In this document: positions 8,508 to 18,484 of the stretch, in pieces
Numbering within the stretch: position 1 is the stretch's first letter
How the letters are laid out: each line of letters begins with the position of its first letter
From: Candidatus Dojkabacteria bacterium
Lineage (GTDB): Bacteria; Patescibacteriota; Dojkabacteria; B142; WJKM01
Direction: 5' to 3'
DNA length: 64,000 nt
Assembly (NCBI GenBank): GCA_014729085.1
Contig: WJKM01000009.1
Location: 61,973 to 125,972 of the forward strand
Program-made: the position numbers and the translations under genes
The notes under the pieces: generated by a model
Database searches by the model: none
Told to the model about the DNA's origin: nothing
What the model saw: only the letters and a program-made list of their open reading frames with translations

Positions 8508-10610
8508 ATGTCCACTGCCCTTGTTCTTGGAAATGGAAGTATGTTAGTCAATATAAATGATCTTTGTCAGGTTACTGACTTTTATTTCCCTTATGTGGGA
8601 CAGGAAAATCACTTATCAACTTTCGTAAATAAACTTTTTTTTCGTATCAATGGTGAATTCGTCCAAATTACTAGGAATAATTTTGATATTGACATCAATT
8701 ACCAGGAAGATTCACTTGTTGGGCATACAAAATTAAAACACAAAAAAACAGGTCTTGAAATAGATTTAATTGACCTTGTGATTCAGAACGATCAGATATT
8801 CCTTCGAAATTTTGAAATCAAAAATAATACCAAAAATCCCATTGAGATATATGTTTATTTTCAAAATAATTTTGCAATTTATTCTTATGATATTGGGGAT
8901 ACAACTGTGTGGTATCAACCGGGAAGATGTTTGGTGCATTATAAACAGAATCGTTATGTAGGTATTGGAAGCACAAAAAAGATTTATCAGTTTACGTGTG
9001 CTGCAAGAACGGATAATGATAATAGAGGAGCATATCCAGACTTAAAAACCGGTGAACTTAATTTTAATCCAATTAGCAATGGAAGCGTGAATTCTTGTGT
9101 TTCATATAAGTTTAACATTCCTCCAGGAGAAACAATGGGATCTAATTATTTCAATGTAACGGGGATGAGTTTTCAACAATTGGAAAAAAGTATAGATAAC
9201 ATTACTTCATGCGATCTGGGAAATACCTGTAAGTCAACAGTAAAATATTGGCAGAATTGGGTTAGATCTAAATCAAATATACTTTTTAGGACTAAAGGAA
9301 CTCCAAGTTTTTTTGGTGAATATGATTTAGATTCGAGAATTTACTCTTTATACAAAAGATCCTTATTAACGATTAGAACACAAATTGATAATGGAGGGGC
9401 GATCATCGCAGCCAATGATGGTAGATATTTGAAAGAAGGCGGGAAAGATACTTATTCATATTTTTGGCCTAGAGATGGTGCTTACATCATTTTGGCTTTG
9501 ATAGAATGTGGATTTAAGGAATTATCGGATGAATATTTTGAATATATTGAAAACCTTTTAACTCCTGAAGGATATTTTCTTCATAAATATTACCCACATA
9601 GTCGAGAAGGCAGAAGTGCATTGGGTAGTAGCTGGCATCCTTGGGTAGATAATTCGGGGAGTCTTCAGGAACCTATACAGGAAGATGAAACAGCTTTGAA
9701 TGTTTATGCTATTTGGAAACATTATGAACACTTCGCAGATCAAGAGTTTTTGAAAAAATATTGGAACAGCTTGATATTTCCAATGGCAAATTTTTTGGGA
9801 AATTACAGGTATACAATTGTTTATGATGCTCCCGACATTCAGGATTATGTTAGTGGTTTTCCTGAAATTGCAAAAGAGGATGAATTTATTAAAACTTATT
9901 CAGGTTCAAAGCTTCCAAAAGCTAGTTATGATTTATGGGAAGAGAGAAGAGGTATTAGTGCTTTTACCTGTTCAACTGTTTATGCTGGATTATTAGCTGC
10001 TTCTAATTTAAGTGAAGTTTTTGGAAGAACGGACTTGAAACAGATTTTTTTGAATTATGCTAATGAAATTAAAGAAGCAACTATCAATTATCTTTTCAAT
10101 GAAGATTTAGGAAGGTTTATAACACATATAATTTGTGATTCAAATACGAGTCAACCGGTAATAGATACAAAATTAGACGCCTCTTTGTATTCACTATGGC
10201 ATTTCGGCCTACTAGATGTAAACGATCCAAGAATAGAAAAAACAATGTGGGAAGTAGAAGACAAATTAACTGTAAGATCAGAAATTGGCGGTATTGCAAG
10301 ACGGGAAAATGATCATTACAATACTATAGATTCAAATTTAGTTGGAAATCCTTGGTTTATTTGCACATTATGGTTAGCTCAATATTGGACTCAGAAAGAT
10401 AATTACGATAAAGCAAAGAAGTATATTAGATGGGCAGTAGATCACGCAGATAAAAGTGGATTAATGGCCGAGCAGGCTCATCCTCATACAGGTCATGGAG
10501 AGTCGGTCAAACCGTTGACTTGGAGTCATGGGGCATTTGTTAGAACCATAAACATGCTTTGGGGAAAGATTTATAAAGGTACGTATCAAATCCCCGGAAG
10601 CAAGGATTAG
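8508..10610 (+). CDS. GH15 family glucoamylase/glucodextranase-like protein (N-terminal beta-sandwich plus catalytic barrel)
   Basis: A 700-aa ORF with the blocks ANDGRYLKEGGKDTYSYFWPRDGAYI and LWEERRGISAFTCSTVYAGL, plus a C-terminal WSHGAF motif, consistent with GH15. Confidence 0.7.
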   Translation: MSTALVLGNGSMLVNINDLCQVTDFYFPYVGQENHLSTFVNKLFFRINGEFVQITRNNFDIDINYQEDSLVGHTKLKHKKTGLEIDLIDLVIQNDQIFLRNFEIKNNTKNPIEIYVYFQNNFAIYSYDIGDTTVWYQPGRCLVHYKQNRYVGIGSTKKIYQFTCAARTDNDNRGAYPDLKTGELNFNPISNGSVNSCVSYKFNIPPGETMGSNYFNVTGMSFQQLEKSIDNITSCDLGNTCKSTVKYWQNWVRSKSNILFRTKGTPSFFGEYDLDSRIYSLYKRSLLTIRTQIDNGGAIIAANDGRYLKEGGKDTYSYFWPRDGAYIILALIECGFKELSDEYFEYIENLLTPEGYFLHKYYPHSREGRSALGSSWHPWVDNSGSLQEPIQEDETALNVYAIWKHYEHFADQEFLKKYWNSLIFPMANFLGNYRYTIVYDAPDIQDYVSGFPEIAKEDEFIKTYSGSKLPKASYDLWEERRGISAFTCSTVYAGLLAASNLSEVFGRTDLKQIFLNYANEIKEATINYLFNEDLGRFITHIICDSNTSQPVIDTKLDASLYSLWHFGLLDVNDPRIEKTMWEVEDKLTVRSEIGGIARRENDHYNTIDSNLVGNPWFICTLWLAQYWTQKDNYDKAKKYIRWAVDHADKSGLMAEQAHPHTGHGESVKPLTWSHGAFVRTINMLWGKIYKGTYQIPGSKD

Positions 10611-11056
10611 TTTTCTTCGTATTCGAAAATTTTGTTAATTCGTCTTAGGTGTCTACCTTTGTCAAATCGAGTATTCAACCAGATTTCAATTATATTTTTC
10701 ATTTCTTCAATCTTCATAAAATCAGCTGATAGACACAAAATATTCGAATTGTGGTGTTGTCTATCTATAATCGCTTCCTTCGGAGTTCGTGGATTTGAGG
10801 CAATTATCCCTTTTACTTTGTTTGCAGCTACCATGATTCCAATGGAGCTTCCACATATCAGTACTCCTCTTGCACCAAAATTTTTTGAAACTTCCTCTGC
10901 TACTTTGAAGGCAAAATCAGGGTAGTCATCTTTTGGATTGAGTTCATAAGCACCTTTGTCTTCCACAACGAAATTTTTTTCTAGATATTCTTTAATTAAT
11001 TCCTTTTTATCAAAACCCCTATGGTCTGCTCCTATATAAATTTTTGAAATTTTCAT
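10607..11056 (-). CDS. rpiB: Ribose-5-phosphate isomerase B
   Basis: MKISKIYIGADHRGFDKKELI...GVLICGSSIGIMVAANKVKGIIAS matches the RpiB/LacAB family. It is 149 aa. Confidence 0.8.
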   Translation of the reverse strand: MKISKIYIGADHRGFDKKELIKEYLEKNFVVEDKGAYELNPKDDYPDFAFKVAEEVSKNFGARGVLICGSSIGIMVAANKVKGIIASNPRTPKEAIIDRQHHNSNILCLSADFMKIEEMKNIIEIWLNTRFDKGRHLRRINKIFEYEEN

Positions 11057-11083
11057 TAGTTGAGAATTTGTGAAAATTAATTA

Positions 11084-11716
11084 CTATTCTAACTCAAATT
11101 TAAAATTTTCAATTTGTTTTCTTGGTCTATTTTGTATTGGATCAAAGATTTGCCAGAATAAATGGGTTGATAAAACAATATAATCAACTCCAATTTTAAA
11201 AGCATTATTTAGTTGAGCTATGTTGGTTACCTCGTCTATACCTATTTTAGTTTGAAAGCCATAAATATCATATGCTCTACAAATTGCTTCTATAATATCG
11301 AAATCGATTTGTTTGTTTTTAATATCTGTCACAGAGATTGTAATATTTTGTATACCAGCCTTTGCAGCTAGTGTTGCTTGAGAAACATTTTGAATGGATG
11401 TTATACAAGTATTTATTTTTTGATGTTCCAATACTTGAGCAGCTTTTATTGTATTTTCGCTCAGATTCATTTTAATTACAGTATCCTTTGCAACCTTTGC
11501 TAGCTTTTTGGATTCGGAGATTATATCGTCAAACTCATATGCATTATTTTGAATTGTAATTGGTAAATCAATTTCTTTTAATATGGATTTAATATGGTCT
11601 TTATATGAGGTTTTATTGTCTGTGTGGAAATACTCTGTATCTATGCCATCAATCAAACCGGTTGCATAAACTCGGCTAAGATCCTTAATTTGGCCGGCTT
11701 TTAAATAGATATACAT
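11084..11716 (-). CDS. Transaldolase/fructose-6-phosphate-aldolase family TIM-barrel protein (divergent)
   Basis: Colinear pattern similarity to Fsa/TalC (M.lYLD.., VIKMNLSENTIKAAQVLEHQKI matching the VVKVPVT...IKMLKAEGI block with the Schiff-base Lys). The GVTTNPS block is not conserved, so its function is uncertain. Confidence 0.45.
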   Translation of the reverse strand: MYIYLKAGQIKDLSRVYATGLIDGIDTEYFHTDNKTSYKDHIKSILKEIDLPITIQNNAYEFDDIISESKKLAKVAKDTVIKMNLSENTIKAAQVLEHQKINTCITSIQNVSQATLAAKAGIQNITISVTDIKNKQIDFDIIEAICRAYDIYGFQTKIGIDEVTNIAQLNNAFKIGVDYIVLSTHLFWQIFDPIQNRPRKQIENFKFELE

Positions 11717-11804
11717 AGAATTTCAGATTTGACTTATTAGTATATGATAAATGATGTAAAGTGAGATATCAATATGATTATATCTATTACAAAAATATAC
11801 TAAA

Positions 11805-12317
11805 TTATTTCCTAGATTTAAAAAGAAGTTTTTTCTTGTGTTTTTCTATATTAATAAAATCATCCGCAATTTCAATAAGTTCTTTGTTTGCAGTTGATTC
11901 AAATGCTGCAATTTCTACCAAACAACCAAGGGCATGTTGAAGGTAATTTACAACAGGTCGAAAATCACCATCCCCTGAGACTAAAACAATTGAATCAACC
12001 TTAATACCAATTCTGATTGCATCCATAGCAATACCTAAATCCCAATCACCTTTTTTAGCTCCGCCAAAAAATGTTTGCAAAGGTTTTTCTTTCACTTCAA
12101 ATCCGGAATTATTTAAAGCGTCAAAAAAACTTTGCTCTGTTTTTTGTTCTGATTTGATTACATAAGCAATAGCTCTAACTAAGAGTCTATTACTGACGGT
12201 TAATTTTAATAGATTTTTAAAATTAACACGTGCTTTATATAGATTTCTTGCCGAATAATACATATTTTGAACATCAACAAGAACTGCAACTCTTTGGTCT
12301 GGATTCTTTACTATCAT
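11805..12317 (-). CDS. NYN-domain (LabA-like) protein
   Basis: AVLVDVQNMYYSARN ... VLVSGDGDFRPVVNYLQ is the NYN/LabA signature. Confidence 0.7.
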   Translation of the reverse strand: MIVKNPDQRVAVLVDVQNMYYSARNLYKARVNFKNLLKLTVSNRLLVRAIAYVIKSEQKTEQSFFDALNNSGFEVKEKPLQTFFGGAKKGDWDLGIAMDAIRIGIKVDSIVLVSGDGDFRPVVNYLQHALGCLVEIAAFESTANKELIEIADDFINIEKHKKKLLFKSRK

Positions 12318-12497
12318 GGTGTTATTAATAAAATATTAGAATGTCTTTATTTATTATAAAGGATTTTAAATATGTATGGATTATAAAAGTATTATACTAT
12401 CCATTTCATATTTCGAGATTTATGCTATGCAGAATTGATGAATACAAAGTAAATAAGGGTAATGAGATTTGCAAGCAGATGTAGAGTACGTAAATTA

Positions 12498-13739
12498 CTA
12501 TTTGGAATATTTATCAATTAGTCTGTTAATAGAGTCCAATCCTTTTTTAATCGTTTTGAGTTCAGAACTGTAACTAATACGTACATAGTTTTGATATTTT
12601 CTATTTTTTCTTTTTGAATGTGGATTCAAATCGAAAAAGATACCAGGAACCACAATGAAATTTTCTTCAAGTCCTTTTTGAAAAAATTTCATCCCATCAT
12701 TCAAAGGTTTGGGTAGATCTTTAAGGTTTGCCCAAATATAAAAGGCTCCCTCCGGTTTGTTATCAATTTTAATGTTCATAGCTTTTAAACGTTTTATCAT
12801 GTAATCTCTTTTATTTCTGAAATGGGTTTTTATCGCTTTACTTTCCTTTCTTAGTTGGTCAAGTTTTAAAAGATTCAATGCAGCATTTTGAAGTGGATGA
12901 TTGGCTCCACCATCAAGAAAAGATCCAGTACTAGTTATTAAGTCTTGGATATCTTTTGGTGCAATAGCCCAGCAAATTCTCCATCCTGGATATCGCCATG
13001 GTTTTGTTAAACCAGCAATAATAACAACAGGATCAGAATTGACGTCCTTAATATATTTCTGTGCAGAAACATAATTCTCACTATCGATGAAAATATAATT
13101 AAAATAAAATTCATCCAGAATTAAGGTAAACTCCATTTCTTTTGCAATTTCGACTAATTTTTTAAGTGAATCTCCATATAACAGATTACCAGTTGGGTTT
13201 GTAGGATTACTAAGCAGAAGTGCTTTTATTTTATTTTCTTCAATAAATTCTTTAAGTCTATCTAAATTAATTTTAAAGTGATTTTTGGACTCTAATTCAT
13301 AGGCAATTGGGTTAATATTATTGAATACACTTAAAATCCCTTCATAAGAAGCATAATCCGGTAGAAAGTAACCAACATTAATCTGTTCCATAGAAGCAAA
13401 AATTCTTGAAAGTGCAACCCTTCCTCCTCCGGCAATGGATACGTTTTCAAGACTAAGCTTACTATCCAGATCTTTCCGGAAAAGATTATTGTAAATATTG
13501 GCAACTGATTTACGTAATTCTTTTACACCTGCAACTGGAGCATAACCATGATTTATCTGAGGAATTTTTACTTCTGAAATTCTAGGAGGGCAATTTTGTA
13601 TCATCCCCAATTCAGGAGCTCCTTGACCTAGATTAGCCCATTTTTTATTTCCATAGTAAAACCCTTTTTTTGATGCTTTCTCCATTACATAAATAACCCC
13701 TGCCTTACCATTTTTTTTGAAAGTTTGAATTTTGTCCAC
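12498..13739 (-). CDS. PLP-dependent aminotransferase, class I/II
   Basis: A 413-aa ORF with an NLGQGAPE N-terminal motif and the overall fold-type-I aminotransferase layout (KPWRYPGWRICWAI region). Confidence 0.6.
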   Translation of the reverse strand: MDKIQTFKKNGKAGVIYVMEKASKKGFYYGNKKWANLGQGAPELGMIQNCPPRISEVKIPQINHGYAPVAGVKELRKSVANIYNNLFRKDLDSKLSLENVSIAGGGRVALSRIFASMEQINVGYFLPDYASYEGILSVFNNINPIAYELESKNHFKINLDRLKEFIEENKIKALLLSNPTNPTGNLLYGDSLKKLVEIAKEMEFTLILDEFYFNYIFIDSENYVSAQKYIKDVNSDPVVIIAGLTKPWRYPGWRICWAIAPKDIQDLITSTGSFLDGGANHPLQNAALNLLKLDQLRKESKAIKTHFRNKRDYMIKRLKAMNIKIDNKPEGAFYIWANLKDLPKPLNDGMKFFQKGLEENFIVVPGIFFDLNPHSKRKNRKYQNYVRISYSSELKTIKKGLDSINRLIDKYSK

Positions 13740-13889
13740 TTTTACAATTTTTAAAATTTAGCGATTGATTATATATCAAGTATGTAACGAAAGACAAGGG
13801 GGATATTTTAAATATGATTAAATGGATAAGAAAATATAATAGTTTTACAGATTAAAGTTTAAGATGGATAAAGTATTTTTGGAAAGTTA

Positions 13890-15266
13890 TTATTGGCTTA
13901 TTAGCTTTATTTGGGTTAAATGTTTGAAGCCATACACCCCATGCTCTCTACCGATCCCCGAAAGTTTGCAACCACCAAAAGGATTTGAGGGGCTGGAGGT
14001 TTTACCTTGATTAATCTCAATCATACCGGCATTGATTCTGTCAGCCACTCTTTCGGCTTGCTTGATGTCTTTTGTATATACTTGAGCACCAAGTCCATAG
14101 ATTGTATCATTTGCAAGTTCGATAGCTTCTTCTTCAGATTGAAAACTTACAATTGGAAGTACCGGTCCAAAGGTTTCTTCCTTCCATATTTTCATATTAC
14201 ACGAGATTTTTGTAACAATAGTAGGGAGATAATATGCACCTTTGAGATTTTCAGGTATTTTCCCACCAGTAATCACATTAGCTCCTTTCTCTCTAGCTTT
14301 ATTAATTTGTTGCATTAATACTTTTCTTTGCTCAAAGGAAGCTAAGGGTCCCATCTCACATTCTGAACTATTAGGGTTACCAATTTTAATCGTTTCAGTC
14401 AACTTTTTTAGTTCAGTTACAACTTCATTGAAAACGGATTTGTGCACAATAAGTCTTTTGACAGCTGTACAGTATTGTCCGCAGTTTGCAAATCTTTTAC
14501 GAAATACTTTGTTAACGTTAGCCTTAAGTTTATAATCGTCAAAGATAATTGCTGGATTAGAACCACCCATTTCTAGGAGTGAGGGTATAAATTTTTTCCC
14601 AGCTAATTTGAACAAAAATTGTCCTGTTTTAGAACTGCCTGTAAACCAAATAAAATTTATATTGTTATTTACCAGTATTCTACCTTGTTTAGCACCGCCA
14701 TATATTTCCTGGAAAACGAAATTTGGAAGTGTAGAGTCAGAAATGATCTCTTCAAGTAACTTTCCTGTTAGCGGACAAAGCTCAGAATGTTTTAGGACTA
14801 CAGTATTCCCTGAAAGTAAAGTAGGAATAACTCCCCAGATAAAAAGCATGAAAGGAAAGTTCCAAGGTAGAATAACAGCCGTAGTTCCATAAGGAATGTA
14901 TTTGATTGAGTGTTTTATTCCATTTTCAGTTTTTTGATTTGGTCTCAGAAATTGCTCTGCATTATCGAGATAGTATTTGAAATATACTAATCCTTTTTCT
15001 AATTCGACTATGCTTTCATTTATCGGCTTTCCAATTTCAGTAGTAATGAGTTGAGCAATTTCCTTTTTCCTTTTACTGAATTTTTCATAAATCATTTTAA
15101 GCAGATCTATCTTTTTTTTGATTGGTAGGAATTTCCAATCCGACTTTACTTTGTTCGAATTTGAGACTATTGTGGATATTTCAGATTTTGTTGAACATTC
15201 AATTTCTCCAATTTTATCTTCAACTGTTGCAGGATTATAAGAAATGACTTTACTCATTATTAACAA
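13890..15266 (-). CDS. NAD(P)-dependent aldehyde dehydrogenase
   Basis: ALDH signature blocks: LEMGGSNP, FANCGQYCTAVKR (catalytic Cys), EETFGPVLPIVSF. Confidence 0.8.
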   Translation of the reverse strand: MLIMSKVISYNPATVEDKIGEIECSTKSEISTIVSNSNKVKSDWKFLPIKKKIDLLKMIYEKFSKRKKEIAQLITTEIGKPINESIVELEKGLVYFKYYLDNAEQFLRPNQKTENGIKHSIKYIPYGTTAVILPWNFPFMLFIWGVIPTLLSGNTVVLKHSELCPLTGKLLEEIISDSTLPNFVFQEIYGGAKQGRILVNNNINFIWFTGSSKTGQFLFKLAGKKFIPSLLEMGGSNPAIIFDDYKLKANVNKVFRKRFANCGQYCTAVKRLIVHKSVFNEVVTELKKLTETIKIGNPNSSECEMGPLASFEQRKVLMQQINKAREKGANVITGGKIPENLKGAYYLPTIVTKISCNMKIWKEETFGPVLPIVSFQSEEEAIELANDTIYGLGAQVYTKDIKQAERVADRINAGMIEINQGKTSSPSNPFGGCKLSGIGREHGVYGFKHLTQIKLISQ

Positions 15267-15330
15267 GATAATGATTTAACAATAAATCTAACTAATATTA
15301 ACAATCCATTGAAAACATAGGTTCCAATAT

Positions 15331-16056
15331 TTATTTAGAAGTGTAGCTTTCATTTAATAGATTTAATCTTTCTTCGTATACTTCTTTTATTTCTGGGTCA
15401 ATACTTCTTTTTGAAGCTTCAGTAAGTAATTCTCGAGCTAGTTCTTTATCACCATTGCAGTCAGTTAGAAAAATCCCTGCATTCCCATAAAGTTTCCTTT
15501 TATCCATTTCGTCTATGTCTTCTAAGTTTGCAAGTTCTTTTGAATATTTGACTACTTGCTTACATTCATCTTGAAGATAATGAATTTGAGCTAGTTTAGA
15601 AAGGGTGAAAGGAGAGTTGGGATATTCACGATAAACTTTTTGACAAGTTTCCAAAGCTTGCTCAAGTTCATTTAAGTGGATAAGAATATAGCATTTCATA
15701 TCAAGAAGTGCAGGTTCTTCAGGATCGTATTCTAGGGCTTTGTTTGTAGTTTCATACGCTTCTGCATAATTTCCTTCAGCATCAAGATCTTCCGCTTTAT
15801 AATATAAATCTACCGCTTTGGAACTTAAATCTTTAAGAAGGAAATAAGTTGCTTCGTTATCATTCTTATCAAATTGGGTAGAATCCTTGAGACTTTTACT
15901 TTCATAATCATTAGTAATGTCTAAGCTTGTATCAAAGTTTTGTGCCACTAAAGCAAAAAAAGTAGGAGCACAACACAGCAGTCCGCAAATTAATAATAAA
16001 AAAAATATTCCAATGAAAATAATAAGATTTGTATTTGATTTTGTTTTTGTAGACAT
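15331..16056 (-). CDS. Membrane-anchored TPR-repeat protein
   Basis: An N-terminal TM helix followed by degenerate TPR-like helical repeats (AEAYETTNKALEYDPEEPALL..). Confidence 0.45.
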   Translation of the reverse strand: MSTKTKSNTNLIIFIGIFFLLLICGLLCCAPTFFALVAQNFDTSLDITNDYESKSLKDSTQFDKNDNEATYFLLKDLSSKAVDLYYKAEDLDAEGNYAEAYETTNKALEYDPEEPALLDMKCYILIHLNELEQALETCQKVYREYPNSPFTLSKLAQIHYLQDECKQVVKYSKELANLEDIDEMDKRKLYGNAGIFLTDCNGDKELARELLTEASKRSIDPEIKEVYEERLNLLNESYTSK

Positions 16057-16075
16057 TTTACTTATAAATTTAAAT

Positions 16076-17338
16076 TTATTTTTTATTTAATTTGCATCTA
16101 CCCAAATCTTTATGGGCTTTAACAAAAGTTCTGCTAGCAAATGCAGCATGAAGACTAATTTCTCCTGCCAGTACAGCAGTTCCAATAATTTCGGCTAATT
16201 TTTGGGTAAGATTTATTTCTTTTTCTTCTTTTTCTTTTAAATTTTTACTTATGTTGGATAGAATTATTTTTTGACATTCGTTCTGAGTTGCAAGCGTTGT
16301 TCCTCCTCCTACTGTAGCAATATTTAATGAGGGGATTCGAGTATGTATATAAAGTCCTTCCTTATTTTTTTCCATATTTAGAGATGCAAGACTTCCACCA
16401 ACTACTTGAGCTGGATCCTGACCTGTGGCAATAAATATTGCAGCAAGCATATTAGCTGCATGTGCATTGAATCCAAAGCTTCCTGCCATTTGACCACCAA
16501 GCCAAATTTTGTTTTTGTTAACCTCTAGAATATCTTCGGGATTGGATTTCAGGTATTTTTTAACTATATTTTGAGGAACTGTAACTTCTGCTTCAACGAT
16601 TCTACCTCTTCCTTTAATAGTATTGATATATGCTGGTTTTTTATCTATACACATATTCCCCGAAATTGCAATAGTTTTTATGCCTTTATATTCTGTCTCA
16701 ATCCAAGAACATATTTTTTTTGTTGCAATAACTGCCATATTCATACCCATTGCATCACCGGTATCAAATACAAACCTAATCCAGATATTTTTACCATTCG
16801 AATAAAACTCATATTCCTTTATTGTTAAATATTTGTCAGTTTGATCACCAACTTTTTTGATCTTTTTAAAGTTATCTTTAAACCATTTCTCAAATTTTGA
16901 GGCTTCTTTGATATTTTTGACTCTGAAAAGAGGAGCACGGGTAATTCCAACATATTTTGATGTGACAGTTGCACCTCCTGATTCTCTTATTATCTTTGAT
17001 CCTCTATTAACACTTGCAACTAAAGCTCCCTCTGTAGTTGCAAGGGGAATTAAATATTCCCCATTTGCATGATTGCCTTTGACAGTCATAGGACCTGCAA
17101 TGCCTATTGGCAAACATGCTCCTCCAATTACATTTTCGCAATTACGTCCATAAATTTTTTTAGGGGAGAATGGAAATTTTGAGAGTGAGTCAAGTTTAGC
17201 ATTAATAAGATCTGCAATATATTCTCTTCGAATTTCTATAGCTTTGTTATGATCAGTATATTTCTCAATTTCATAAAGTTTAATCTTATTTTGATTCAAT
17301 TGTTTAATTATATCTTTCTTCTTCATAAATATAGCCAC
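16076..17338 (-). CDS. 3-hydroxy-3-methylglutaryl-CoA reductase (class I-like)
   Basis: ENVIGGACLPIGIAGPMTVKG, DAMGMNM and GTVGG blocks. It is 420 aa. Confidence 0.85.
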   Translation of the reverse strand: MAIFMKKKDIIKQLNQNKIKLYEIEKYTDHNKAIEIRREYIADLINAKLDSLSKFPFSPKKIYGRNCENVIGGACLPIGIAGPMTVKGNHANGEYLIPLATTEGALVASVNRGSKIIRESGGATVTSKYVGITRAPLFRVKNIKEASKFEKWFKDNFKKIKKVGDQTDKYLTIKEYEFYSNGKNIWIRFVFDTGDAMGMNMAVIATKKICSWIETEYKGIKTIAISGNMCIDKKPAYINTIKGRGRIVEAEVTVPQNIVKKYLKSNPEDILEVNKNKIWLGGQMAGSFGFNAHAANMLAAIFIATGQDPAQVVGGSLASLNMEKNKEGLYIHTRIPSLNIATVGGGTTLATQNECQKIILSNISKNLKEKEEKEINLTQKLAEIIGTAVLAGEISLHAAFASRTFVKAHKDLGRCKLNKK

Positions 17339-17347
17339 TTATTTAAA

Positions 17348-18424
17348 TTATTTTTCGAAATTCCAAAAGCAATCTTTACGTTTGGTCACTTTGTGTTTTG
17401 AGAGTTGTTTTAAATTTTTTGCACCAGATAAAAACATTGCCGTTCTTAATTCATCCTTATATCCTTGAATTATTTTCATGACAGCTTCTGGTGATTGAGT
17501 TGCTGCTTTTAGGAAAGGACGGGCAGATGTAGCCATGTTAGCTCCTAATGCAATAGAGATTGCTATGTGCAATCCACTACGTACTCCTCCTCCTGCAATT
17601 ATATTTAGTCCTTTTATTTTTTTTAGGTCTAATATAGCTTCAGGTGTTGGAATACCCTGAGAACGAAATATATAACCAAGATTACCTTGGGTCCTTTTTT
17701 CTTTATGTTTTAGTCTTCTATAACCTTCAATTAATGCCCAGCTAGTTCCACCAGTTCCAGAAACATCTATCCATTTTACTCCTATTTCGTATAATCTTTT
17801 AGCTGTTTTATAATCTATACCATGACCTACTTCTTTAATAATAACTGGAATTTCCAATTTTGTTACAATTTTTTCGAATTTGTTTAATAAATTTTTGTAA
17901 TTTTTATTGCCCTCGGGTTGAATTGCTTCTTGTAGATGATTAATATGAAAAAAGATCCCGTCTGCCGAGACCTTATCAATTAGATTTTGGATATCATCGT
18001 ATTTCATACCATAGTTAAGTTGCACAATACCCAGATTAGTAAACATAGGTATATTCGGACAATGTTTTTTAACATCAAAACTAGATAAAGTTTCTGGCTT
18101 TTCATAAACTATGCGCATGGATCCAAGTCCAAAACCAATTTTTTCTTCTTCACATGCGATAGCAATATTCGTATTTATCTTTTTAGCAAGTTGACTCCCA
18201 CCTGTCATTGAAGAAATATAAAAGGGAAATGAAAGTGGAAAACCAAAGAAGGAAAAATTTGTTTCTATTTCATTCATATCAATCTCTGGCATAGAAACAT
18301 AATCCAAAAAGTACTGCGACAGATATGAAAAATGAGGTTCTACGTCCTCATGCAATACGATATCTAAGTGTTCGTTTTTCCTTTTACGAATTTTGTTCAT
18401 TTTGTATTTAATTTTATATTTCAT
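17348..18424 (-). CDS. fni: Isopentenyl-diphosphate delta-isomerase, type 2 (FMN-dependent)
   Basis: RKNEHLDIVL, SSMTGG, IIKEVGHGI, IDVSGTGGTSWA, GGVRSGL blocks are colinear with IDI-2. Confidence 0.8.
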   Translation of the reverse strand: MKYKIKYKMNKIRKRKNEHLDIVLHEDVEPHFSYLSQYFLDYVSMPEIDMNEIETNFSFFGFPLSFPFYISSMTGGSQLAKKINTNIAIACEEEKIGFGLGSMRIVYEKPETLSSFDVKKHCPNIPMFTNLGIVQLNYGMKYDDIQNLIDKVSADGIFFHINHLQEAIQPEGNKNYKNLLNKFEKIVTKLEIPVIIKEVGHGIDYKTAKRLYEIGVKWIDVSGTGGTSWALIEGYRRLKHKEKRTQGNLGYIFRSQGIPTPEAILDLKKIKGLNIIAGGGVRSGLHIAISIALGANMATSARPFLKAATQSPEAVMKIIQGYKDELRTAMFLSGAKNLKQLSKHKVTKRKDCFWNFEK

Positions 18425-18484
18425 GAATTATATCGTATATTTACTATAAATTCATATATAATAATAAATCAAGATTAAATTTTT

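Noticed and set aside
8015-8551. Cluster of overlapping 60-72-aa ORFs on both strands (8015-8230 minus, 8118-8336 minus, 8251-8442 plus, 8333-8551 minus)
   Set aside because: They are mutually incompatible. I kept only 8031-8468 (plus), which has a coherent TM-plus-Cys-rich architecture and fits the gene spacing.
14007-14892. Three plus-strand ORFs (94-103 aa) within the ALDH gene region
   Set aside because: Antisense to a strongly supported aldehyde dehydrogenase with all signature blocks.
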